49,338 nucleotides of DNA, from the NCBI GenBank assembly GCA_013239625.1, contig MU053088.1:1-49338 (forward strand), read 5' to 3'. Below, piece after piece: positions 38,815 through 49,338 of this stretch. A program made the translations under genes and the position numbers. The first letter of the stretch is position 1; each line of letters begins with the position of its first letter. The notes beneath the pieces were generated by a model. It was not told where the DNA came from. It saw only the letters and a list, made by a program, of their open reading frames with translations, and ran no database searches. The stretch is from Lama guanicoe. Its lineage: Eukaryota.

Positions 38815-38855
38815 GATGAGATGGCTGAGTGGTTAAGGTGATGGACTGCTAATTC
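38815..38855 (+). pseudogene. 5'-half tRNA-Ser(GCT) retrocopy
   Basis: GATGAGATGGCTGAGTGGTTAAGGTGATGGACTGCTAATTC matches recalled mammalian tRNA-Ser(GCT) nt 1-41 at 36/41; anticodon GCT at 38848-38850; no T-arm. Confidence 0.85.
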
Positions 38856-39395
38856 GGTTTTTTTCCTTGCTGAGTTCAGTGAATTTACAGATACATGAAT
38901 TTTTTCTGTGGTAAAATATTGAAATTATATCTGTGGAAACTGATGAGGAAGTTGCTAAATCAGGCATAGTTTATACAGTGGACTCAAGGGATAAAAGAAG
39001 TTACTTTAATATTTAAAAATATCTCTTAACAATATTGAGGTAACTTTTAAATTTGGAGTTAATGCATTTACATTTTATTGTTTTTAAAGTACAATTTTTC
39101 CTTATTAGATCTACTATAATATGAAAATACACATCTATGAAAGGATTAATTATAAAAGGATTCATCTTTCTATAATTCATCTCTTGTTTTAAGAATTATT
39201 TACTTTGGAATTAATTTTTGTATATGGTATGATGTAGGGGTGATGGTGGACCAATTGGTTATTTATTTATTTGTGTATTTTTGTATATGGACATTTAATC
39301 CATCACAATTTATTGAAAAGACCAGCTTTTACCTCACTGCACTAGAGTATCACCTTTGTCATAAATCAAGTACTTTTGTGTGTATCTGTCTAGAC

Positions 39396-39602
39396 AAGTA
39401 TTGTCTAATAGTACTTTCTGCCATGATGGAAAAGTTCATGTATGTATTGTTCAATTCAGTAGTTGTTAGCTACTCGAGGCTCCTGAGACCTTGAAATGTG
39501 GCTAGTGCTGCTAAGGACTGAATTTTTAATTGTAACTGATTTTAATCTATTCAAATTTAAATAGCCATGTGTGCTTAGTCAGTACCATATAGGGTAGTGT
39601 AG
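39396..39602 (+). mobile_element. MER3-like hAT MITE inserted in old L1
   Basis: TGTCTAATAGTACTTTCTGCCATGATGGAAA...CTTGAAATGTGGCTAGTGC...AAATTTAAATAGCCATGTG. Confidence 0.85.
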
Positions 39603-39654
39603 TTGTAGATTCTTTGTTCTATTTGCCTGTTTCCCAGCCTTTGTGTCAGTACTT

Positions 39655-39826
39655 CTTTTTTAAAATAGGTTTTCTGTTTTCTTTTTTGGGGGGAGTGGGG
39701 GAGGAAGGTGATTCGCTTTACTTATTTATTTATTTATTTATTTATTCTAATAGAGGTACTGGGGGTTGAACCCAGGACCTTGCACATGCTCAGCACACAC
39801 TTTTCCTCTGAGCTGTATCTTCCCCC
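39655..39826 (-). mobile_element. tRNA-derived SINE (camelid Vic-1-like)
   Basis: (TTTA)n then GAGGTACTGGGGGTTGAACCCAGGACCTTGCACATGCT...CTGAGCT; degenerate TSD CAGTACTTC/CAGCACTTC. Confidence 0.85.
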
Positions 39827-41675
39827 CAGCACTTCCTAATTACTGTAACTTTATAATAGATATTTTAGTATATGATAACATTCACCTTCCAGCTTCGTTC
39901 TTTTTTCAAAATTGCCTTGGGTGTTGTTGGCTCATTGCATTTCCTATGAATTGTAGAATTCCTTTATCAGTTTTCACAAAAAGAGTAGCTGGAATTGTGA
40001 ATGGGATTGTTTTGTATCTATACATCAGTTTGGGGAGAATGGATGTCTTTACAACTTAGAGTATTTTAATCCATGAATGTGCATTGTCCTTCCATTACTT
40101 TAATTGCTCTCCGTTTACTTTCATCTAAATTATTCCTCCCCTTATTTAATTTCTTTTTCAAGAAGGTTTTGAAGTTTTCAATGTTTAGTTCTTTCACATA
40201 TATCGTTATATTTATTGCTAGGTAGTTAATATTTTTGGTGTCGTTACACATTTCCCGCCCCCTTGCTGTTTTTAAGGTTTTCTCTTTGTTCAGCTGTTCA
40301 AAATGTGACTATAATATGCTTAAGTGTGGTTTGCTTTGCATTTATACTTCTGAGTCTGGGTTGATTTCACTCATTAGTTCTAGATAATTCTCAGTTGTTA
40401 TCTCCTGAGATACTATTTTTGGCCTTTCTTAATCCTCTTTGCTTGCCTCCAGTTACAATGTTAGACCTCTTCTTAGTGTGCCATATGTCTCATCTTCTTT
40501 TCTGTATTTTCTCATTTTTAAAAATTTCTGTGCTTCAGTTGAAGGTTTTTGTTTATAAGTTGAGTATTATTTTCTAATACTTTCTTTTGATGTTAAATTA
40601 ATCTGTTGACTTCTCTTAAGGTAGAGACCATCACTCAAAATACTTGAAACCAAAACCCATGCAAAATGTCTGAAATACAGAAGTTGAATGTATTACTTGC
40701 TAAGCAAGGGCGGACTCTACTTGTTAGACATGGGCTCTCTAAACAAAGCAGTTAGTTGTATCTGGTTTAGGGGAAGTCTGCAGACCTAAAAAAGCAGGAG
40801 TGTTTAAGGATTTGCTGAATTTCAAAGAATACTTTAGAGATTGGTTGACTAATGTCAAAGAACAGTCAGTCCTTTTCTTTCTTGAAATTGGAGAATAGGA
40901 ACATTTTATTTTCTGTTCTTAAGGTCAGAGAGTGTAATTTTAAGTCCTAGAATATCCAATTTCTGTCTGCCTGGTTGTGTTGATGGTATCTTGTTTCTTG
41001 ACATGTTTTAATTACACTTTTTATTTCTGTAAATATTTAGAACATTATTATTTTACATATCTGAAATCCACTGGAGGCTAATTTTGATTTTTGTTATTGT
41101 TTATGATGCTTTATTTCCCAATGTATTTGCTAATTAAAAAAACATTTTATGGAGTTATAGTCAGTTTATAATGTGTCAATATCTGGTATATCAAAAATTT
41201 TAATAATTAGGTAATCTTAGTCTCTGGGAATCTTAAGAGACCTAAGTAGTGGGTAAAATCTTCTAGGGAGGATTTACAAAATTAAGTCCTTGGTTTAGGG
41301 TTTCTAAGTTCACATAGGCAGAATAAATTCAAAATCTCAAATTCATTTTTAGATAATCTTATGATTACGAATTTTGATCATTAATTTTCTCATCATCCCA
41401 ACCCTTGTTTCCTTTTTGGCTTTTTAAAAAACTTAGGTATACTTAAATTTAATGAAATTCACAGGTTTTAGGTCTACAGTTGAGTGGATTCTGACTCTGT
41501 GTTTTCAAATAGCAGTCAAAATATGGAATGCTTCCATTTCGCAGAACAGGCCTCTTTTCTAATTAACCACATCCCCTGTGTTAATTAACACATTTTTCAA
41601 CTAACCACGACCACAGGCAACCTCTGATCTGACTTCTATCACCAGAATGTATTTTTTCATAAGCAATTGCTGAGT

Positions 41676-42553
41676 TTTTTTAAACTTTCTATTTTGAAAT
41701 AATTTCAAGTTAGAGAAAAGTTATTAAGAAAAGAGTAGAAATTACTTTCATATTCCTTTCATCTGGTTTAATTTTTAACTTTCTGCTATTTTTCCTTTAT
41801 TTTTTAATTCTATCCTTCTCCCTTTGTGTCTCCCCCCCCCCCACATATTTTAGCATTATTTTTTCTGAATCACTTGACAGAATGTTACATATGCCATGCT
41901 CCTTTAACCTGCAATATTTCAGTACAGTATGTAGTTTTTAAGAACAAAGATAGTGTCTGCATAGCCACAGCACAGCCATCAAATTCAGGAAATGTAGCTT
42001 CTGCACCAGTCCTTAACCAATATATCTGTTGTCAGTTGTAACAATAATACCCTTATAGCATTTTTTTTCCTTTTAACACAAGATCCAGTCTCGGATCACT
42101 TTATGCACTTAGTGATACCTCTTTATTTCCTTTAGTATAAAACACTTCCTCAGTCTTTCATGGTGGTAATTTGTTTTTCTTTTTTTTTTTTTTAAACTAG
42201 AGGCCTGTTTATTTAATAGAATGCTTCTCAGTGTCGTTTGTTGTTTTCTCATGGCAGGATTTAGATGATGCAGTCCTTTCTGGATTAGGACATAAGTAGT
42301 ATCAAGGTCTTGTCCTTGTCAGGAGATCGCTTTTGAAGAGACGCTCGTAAGTAAGAGTGAGCCCTCACTGGTAATACTAATTTTGATTGCTAGTCAGTGT
42401 TGTGGTATCTCAACCATACATAAAGAACTATTTTTCCCTCTCTGAATCCTTGCGTGTTTAACAAACAGGTAACGAGATGTTAAGAACATGCATATATGCT
42501 TCTCTTTATCCAAACTTTACTCTTGGATTTAGCATTCATAGATGATTCTTGCT
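41676..42553 (-). mobile_element. Old L1MC-like 3' region cut by array 2
   Basis: TTTTGAAATAATTTCAAGTTAGAGAAAAGTT...TTTAGCATTCATAGATGATTCTTGC motifs. Confidence 0.65.
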
Positions 42554-45500
42554 CAGTGTGCGGGGGCGGCGGCAGCGACAGCTAGAAAAGGAAGCAGGTC
42601 ACCGAGCTAGCACAGGGCAGCCCTAATCCCTCGGCCGCCGACCCCCCCACCCGCGTCAGGACACCGTAGAACACCGCCCCCATTCCTGGAGCAGGCTGAC
42701 GTGTAATCCGAGTGCCGCGAACCTGGGGCATCAGAGACGGAGGCCTGGATAGGCTGCGGGGGAGTTTGAAGCAACTCCGCAGGCTTCTAGGCAGCAGGAG
42801 CCCAAGACAAAGGATCTGCGCTACCGGCTGGAAGTGGAGGGGCGCGCATGGGCGGACGCACAGATGCGGGAACCCACCCAGAGCTACCGGCAGCCAGACG
42901 GGAGCCCGGCGCTCCGGGGCCAGCTCCTGAGGAAGAAGGCGGCCTGGGGACCGGGCCGCCACTTGCCGTGGAACCCTCAGCGGCCGCCGCCGCCGGGCAG
43001 GTAAGGGGGCGCTGGTGGAGCCGTGCAGGTCGGGGAGTCGGCGGGTGAGGCCTGGGCTGCGCAGTTGGGCGTGGGTGAGGCCCGGGCTGCGGGACCTTTC
43101 AGGACCCTGAGGCGGGCGCCCCCCCCCCCCCGTTAGTAGTCCCTGAACCCCGTGTCTGCGCTACTTTTTGTATTCGGTTTGGCAAAGCATGGCACCCCCA
43201 GGAGGGGAAAGCCGCCGGACAGCCCTGGAACACCTGCAACCGGCCCTTAGGTCATGGTCTGTTCCAGGGAGGCGGGTGCGGTGCGGTCGCGGGGCCTCGG
43301 CGGGACGGGCTGCCCCGTGCGAGCCCCTGAATCTGTTCCCTATTACCCCACGGGTTGGGGTGGCCTTTGCTTCCCGATGTACGCGGGGTGCAGGTTTCCT
43401 GGTCAGCCTGCACCTGGGGGACCGATACATTGCTTTCAGGGTGCGGGGGCAGCGGCAGCATTAGCGGCAGCAGCAGCGGGGAGAGGGGTGTGCTCCTGGG
43501 AGCCTGTGGATATGCTGCCATCTCCCCCGTCCCTGTCCTGGGGGCGGACTCTGCTGCCCCATGTTCGGGGGACGCAGCTTACAGGTCAGTCAGCTCCTGG
43601 GAGGCGGGCGCGGTGCGGTAGTGTGTGGGGGTGGCGGCAGTGACAGCGAGAAATGGAAGCAAATCCCCTCGGTAGCACAGGGCAGCCCCAATCCCGCCGC
43701 CGCCGCCCCCGTCCCGACAGCACAGCGCCCGCCTTCCTGGTCCAGGCTGTCCTGTAACAGGAGTCCCGCGTCCCTGGGTCAGCAGAGACGGAGGCCCGGA
43801 TAGGCTGCGGGGGAGTTTGAACCAATTCCGCAGGCTCCTGTGCAGCCGGAGCCCCAGGCCTAGGGTCCGCGTTTCCGGCGGGTGGAGGAGGGGCGTGCAT
43901 TCGTGGGCGCGCAGACGCGGGAGCACACCCAGAGCTAGTGGGAGGCGGACGGGAGCCCGGCGGTCCTGGGCCAGCTCCTGAGGAAGAAGGCGGCTTGGGG
44001 ACCGGACCGCCGCTTGCCGTAGCCCCCGTGCCACCGCCGCAGCCGGGCAGGTAAGGGGGCGGTGTTGGAGGAGTGCAGGTCGTGAAGCCGGCGGGTGAGG
44101 CCTGGGCTGTGCAGTTAGGCGTGGGTGAGGCCCGGGTCGCGGGGCCTTTCAGAACCATGAGGCGGGTGCGGGCCGCCACTGTATTTAGTGGTGCCGCCCC
44201 ACCCCCCCGTTAGTACTGTGTGAACCCGAGTCTAGCTGCCGTTTGTATTCGTGCTGCGAAAGCAGTGCACCCTCGGCAGGTGGGAAGGCGCTAGACGGTC
44301 CAGGAACACCTCCTGCTGGTCCTCCGTTTATGTCCCGCTCCCCGGAGGCGGGTGCGTTGCGTTCGCGTGGCCTTGGCGTCGGTCGCGGTGGGATGGGCTG
44401 ACCCGTGGGAGCCCTGAATTTGTTCGGATTCCCCCGCGGCTTGGGGTGGCCTTTGCTTCTGCATGTTCACGAGGTGCAGCTCTCCCTGTAAGCCTGTTGC
44501 TGGGAGGCGGCCGCGGTGCTGTCAGGGTGCGCGGGCGGCATTTGCAGCGGCAGCATTAGCGGCAGCAGCAGAGAGGGGTGTGCTCCTGGGAGCCTGTGGA
44601 TATGCTGCCATCTCCCCTGTCCCTGTCCTGGGGACGGACTCTGCTGCCCCATGTTCGGGGGACGCAGCTTACAGGTCAGTCAGCTCCTGGGAGGCGGGCG
44701 CGGTGCGGTAGTGTGTGGGGGTGGCGGCAGTGACAGCGAGAAATGGAAGCAAATCCCCTCGGTAGCACGGGGCAGCCCCAACCCCGCCGCCGCCGCCCCC
44801 GTCCCGACAGCACAGCGCCCGCCTTCCTGTTCCAGGCTGTCCTGTAACAGGAGTCCCTCGTACATGGGGCAGCAGAGACGGAGGCCCGGGTAGGCTGCGG
44901 GCGAGTTGGAAGCAACAGCCGGAGCCCCAGGCCTAGGGTCCGCGTTTCCGGCGGGTGGAGGAGGGGCGCGCATTCGTGGGCGCGCAGACGCGGGAGCCCA
45001 CCCAGAGCTAGTGGGAGCCGGACGGGAGCCCGGCGCTCCTGTTCCAGCTCCTTGGGAAGAAAGCGGCCTGGGGACCGGGCCGCCACTTGCCGTAGAACCT
45101 CAGCGGCCGCCGCCGCTGGGCAGGTAAGGGGGCGGTGTTGGAGGCGTGCAGGTCGGGGAGTCGGCGGGTGAGGCCTAGGCTGTGCAGTTAGGCGTGGGTG
45201 AGGCCCTGGTCGCGGGGCCTTTCAGGACCCTGAGGCGGATGCGGGCTGCCGTGGTATTTCATGGTGCCCCCCACCCCCGTTAGTAGTCTTTGTACCCCGA
45301 TTCTGCGCTGCCATGTCTATTCGGGCTGGAAAGCAGGGCACCCTTGGCAGGTGGGAAGGCGCTGGACGGTCCCGGAACACCTCCTGCTGGCCCTCGGGTT
45401 CTGTCCTGCTCCCAGGAGGCGGGTGCGGTGCCGTGCGGTCGCGGGGACGAGGCGTCGTCGCGGTGGTACGGTCTGCCCCATGGTGGCCCTGAATTTGCTG

Positions 45501-45863
45501 GGTATTCCCCCGCGGCTTGGGGTGGATTTTGTTTCCGCATGCCCGCGTGGTGCACCTCTCTCTGTGAGCCTGTTCCTGGGAGGTGGCCGCGGTGCTGTCA
45601 TGGTGCGCTGGCGGGATTTGCAGCTGCAGCCTTAGCTGCAGTAGTGTGGAGAGGGTTGTGCTCCTGGGAGCCTGTGGATTTGCTCCCGTCTCCCCCGCGC
45701 CCTGTCCTGGGGGCGGCCTTTCCTGCTCCAGGTGCCCAGGACGCATGATAGGAGTCAGTGTGCTTCTGGGAGGCGGGCGGGCTGCGCGCAGTGTACCGAG
45801 GCGGCGGCAGGGAGAGCGTGAAATGGAGGCATACCCTCCCGCTAGCACGGGGCAGCCCCAATC

Positions 45864-45907
<44 letters not shown>

Positions 45908-47404
45908 TCCACCGCCGCCGCCGCCGCCGCCGCACACTACCCCAGTCGCCCACAGCACAGCGCCCGCCTTGTGGGCCAGGCTGTCCTGTAACCCGAGTCC
46001 CGCGGACCTTGTGCAGCAGAGACGGAGGCCCGGATAGGCTGCGGGGGAGTTCGAAGCAACTCCGCAGGCTCCTATGCAGCAGGAGCCCCAGGCCTAGGGT
46101 CCGCGCTTTTGGAGGTAGGAGGAGGGGCGCGCATGTGCGGACGCACAGACGCGGGAGCCCACCCAGAGCTTGTGGAAGCCGGACGGGAGCCCGGCGCTCC
46201 TGGTCCAGCTCCTGAGGAAGAAGGCGGCTTGGGGACCGGACCGCCGCTTGCCGTAGCCCCCGCTGCCGCCGCCGCAGCCGGGCAGGTAAGGGGGCGCTGT
46301 TGGAGGAGTGCAGGTCGTGGTGCCGGCGGGTGAGGCCTGGGCTGTGCAGTTAGGCGTGGTTGAGGCCCGGGTCGCGGGGCCTTTCAGGACCATGAGGCGG
46401 GTGCGGGCCGCCGCTGTATTTAATGGTGCCGCCCCCCCGCCCCCGTTAGTACTGTGTGAACCCGGGTCTAGCTGCCGTTTGTATTCGTGCTGCGAAAGCA
46501 GTGCACCCTCGGCAGGTGGGAAGGCGCTAGACGGTCCAGGAACACCTCCTGCTGGTCCTCCGTTTATGTCCCGCTCCCCGGAGGCGGGTGCGGTGCGTTC
46601 GCGTGGCCTTGGCGTCGGTCGCGGTGGGACGGGCTGACCCGTGGGAGCCCTGAATTTGCTCGTATTCCCCCGCGGCTTGGGGTGGCCTTTGCTTCTGCAT
46701 GTTCACGAGGTGCAGCTCTCCCTGTAAGTCTGTTGCTGGGAGGCGGCCGCGGTGCTGTCAGGGTGCGCGGGCGGCATTTGCAGCGGCAGCATTAGCGGCG
46801 GCAGCAGAGAGAGGGGTGTGCTCCTGGGAGCCTGTGGATATGCTGCCATCTCCCCCGTCCCTGTCCTGGGGTCGGACTCTGGTGCCCCATGTTCGCAGGA
46901 CGCAGCTTACAGGTCAGTCAGCTTCTGGGAGGCGGGCGCGGTGCGGTAGTGTGCGGGGGTGGCGGCGGCGACAGCGTGAAATGGTAGTAAATTTCCTCGG
47001 TAACACGGGGCAGCCCCAATCCCGCCGCCGCCTCCCCCGTCCCGTCAGCACAGCGACCGCCTTCCTGGAGCAGGCTTATCTGTATGTAACACGACTCCCG
47101 CGAACCTGGGACAGCGGAAGTCGAGGCCCGGATAGGCTGCGGGGAGTCTGAAGCTAATCCGCAGGCTCCTATAGGGCAGGAGCCCCAGCCCGAGGGTCCG
47201 CGATTCTGGCGGGAGGAGGAGGGACGCGGACGCACAGACGCGCGGACGCGGGAGCCCACCCGGAGCGTAGGGAAGCTGGGCGGGAGCTGGGTGCTCTTTG
47301 CACCAGCTCCCGAGGAAGAAGGCATCTTTGGGACTGGGCCGCCGCTCGCCGACGGGTCCGCTGACGCCGCCGGGCAGGTAAGGGGGCGCTGGTGGGGGCG
47401 CGCA
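42554..47404. repeat. GC/CpG-rich tandem array 2 (~4.4 units of 1.07-1.17 kb)
   Basis: Marker CCCC-GTTAGTA at 43132, 44209, 45279, 46445 (periods 1077, 1070, 1166). Confidence 0.95.
45866..45934. repeat. GCC repeat: (GCC)14 TCCACC (GCC)6 GCA
   Basis: Counted directly. Confidence 0.95.
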
Positions 47405-47674
47405 TTAAATTATTTGATTTGTTTCATAGTTTTCCTGTTTTCTTATTTTTTTGGCTTCATATTTGAATTTTCTACAATTTATTGCCTGCTACTTTACTTA
47501 CTAATGCAAATCTGATTTAATTATTGTTTACTTTGGTTTTCATTTTAATGGAATCATCTTGACTTAATTTAACATATGTCTATCACTTGCTTTTAGAGAG
47601 CATAAAACCTTTTTATTAGTCTCCTTTAAACAGTTTTAGATAAGATTGATTTCTTCCAAATATTTGGCTCCTTA

Positions 47675-47950
47675 CTTCTCTGTTCCTCTGTAGCCTCTGT
47701 GGCCATATCACTCCCATGTCCATCTTTTTTCTTCACATCATCTTTTCTTCAGCTCCCTCAAAACTGCTTTACTTTTATAAGGATACATATAATTGCATTT
47801 ATGGTCACTCAGGTAATCCAGGATAAGAAGATCCTCTGTTGGCCCTTAATTTAATCATCCCTTTTGTCCTCTAAGGTACAATTCACAAGTTCAGTTGATT
47901 TGAGATGAGTACCATTTGGTGGTGGTGGATGGGTGTCGTTTCCCGCTGAC
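47675..47950 (-). mobile_element. MLT1 LTR fragment
   Basis: CATATCACTCC...TTATAAGGATAC...GGTAATCCAGGATAA...CCTTAATTTAATCA motifs. Confidence 0.7.
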
Positions 47951-48329
47951 TTCCCCAAGTCAGGATGTTTTTCTACTGAAAAGGAGAAGGGGTGTGGTTG
48001 GTTGGTGCAAACTTGTTGGTGTAGGATTTCTTTGTTCTGGGAATCCTTTGCAGCTGTCCACGTGGGTCAGGTCAGGGGGCCCCTGTAAAACCACCAAAAA
48101 AACAAAGGTTGTCTTCTATTCTGCAACTTGTTACCTTTATAGGAGTGCAGAAGTGTTAACATCCTTAAAGGTCAGAGCCCCAAGAATAGGCTCTCCTATT
48201 TCAGGCTAAAGGCAACATTGTTTTACAGAAGGTGCAGAGCTGGCAAGACTAAGCCTAGAAAACAGGGCACAGGGTTAAAGGAAAAGGAAGAGATCTAATA
48301 TGGAGCCTGGTTTGTTCTTTTCTATTACA
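47951..48329 (-). mobile_element. ERV LTR fragment retaining one terminus
   Basis: Ends ...ATGGAGCCTGGTTTGTTCTTTTCTATTACA (TGTAATAG on the minus strand); homologous to 36328-36465. Confidence 0.8.
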
Positions 48330-49338
48330 GTGACTTTTGGTAAGAGGATGTGTCTGGGTGGGTCCTCCTCTGCCCCAGGCTGGGGTTTGGGCAGGAGCCC
48401 TGCCAGGTCCACGTAACTTGGACCTGATCTCCCACAAAGTAACAATTATAGGTGGTTAAAACGACTTGTCAAAGTCCTTTCAATTGCTTGTAAACTATAT
48501 AGAGGGGAGGAGGGCAGGGGAAGTCTCACTGGCCAGTCAACAGTCTCTCCGATGCAAGGGACCAGTGTGGCAGGTTCAGCTGTGGGCTCCTAATATGGAC
48601 ACTTTTAAATCTACCATCCCTTTTTCCTCTGTCCCAGAGCCTCGTGCACAAGGCCCACCTCCTGTCTATTCCCCCTGGGCTCAGCCGCACTCCGCCCCCA
48701 CCCCCTGCAGGTCCGTGTGCCCAGTGCCTCTGGCCTACGGGTCCTGATCACCATCTGGGCCATCAACCACCCAAAGCTCACAGGCCAGTGATGGGCAACC
48801 AGGGACCACCCTGACCCGCCAGCTCAGACGAGGCACAGGGCGCCAGGGTCAGGGCGCCCCGAAATTGGAACCGCCTCCAGCCAGGCCAGTGGAGCCCTGT
48901 AGTCTCTGACACCAGCTGTACCGGATCCCCGCTGGGGGCCGTCCTATAGTGACCCGAGCCCGGACTTCCCTGGCCCACCTGGGGGTGAGAGGTGAGTAGG
49001 CGGTCAGCTCCAGGTAGGGGTGGACTTGGAGAGTGGGGGGATCCCGCGGTGAGGAGTAAGGGGCCGGTCTGGGTGGAATTGACCCAGCTCAGGGTCCAGT
49101 TCGGATGGACCATTTCGGGATGTTGGGGGTCCTTTGGTGAGGCATGAGGGGTTAGCTTGGGGTGTGGGGGCCAAGCTTAGTACCTAGCAGGGTGGAGAGT
49201 GGGGACAGGGAGCTCGGTGTGAGGAGGAGCCCTGTCTTGGGGGTATGATGGGAGACTGGGCCTGGCTAGGGGTTGAGGGGACAGTAACGGGGTGGGGAGG
49301 GGAGGCGAGCAGGGGGAGTGGGGTTGTGTGGTGTAGTC

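Noticed and set aside
38815..38855. Functional tRNA-Ser gene
   Set aside because: Lacks the variable arm, T-arm/B-box and 3' acceptor strand.
42554..47404. CRISPR-like array or rRNA/rDNA gene
   Set aside because: The units are ~1.1 kb with no short repeat-unique spacer pattern, the context is eukaryotic, and I recognise no 18S, 5.8S, 28S or 5S sequence.
48778..49113. 111-aa ORF near the LTR as a retroviral env remnant
   Set aside because: No env motifs, and it lies outside the LTR's intact terminus; probably a chance ORF in GC-rich DNA.

Overview
This is mammalian genomic DNA, probably camelid, judging from the tRNA-derived SINE and L1 3'UTR types (inference). It opens on a GTAAGT splice donor, so it may be intronic to a + strand gene, and I find no intact protein-coding gene. 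(1) Positions 1-36.3 kb are AT-rich and full of L1, MIR, L2, MER3 and LTR remnants. On the minus strand at ~141-24085 is a decayed multi-exon gene that the ORF track largely misses. Its AG/GT-bounded pseudo-exons translate, with scattered stops, to several RGS-domain-like segments (e.g. KRVLLDPLVLYSYLTFSNAEHFGENMSH*L, FLKF*IHFE, SLTEVLKEP*VRKSL, WNI*KYIAPN). It is a candidate unitary pseudogene of an RGS22/RGSL1-like multi-RGS gene. (2) Positions 36.5-38.6 kb and 42.6-47.4 kb are two arrays of a GC/CpG-rich ~1.07-1.17 kb tandem unit. The unit has ~180-bp internal subrepeats, a conserved ATG and CAG|GTAAG donor, a variable GCC tract and, in two copies, an Arg/Cys-rich ORF. Same-family LTR fragments bracket the arrays, a 5'-half tRNA-Ser(GCT) retrocopy lies between them, and the window ends in GC-rich unique DNA.
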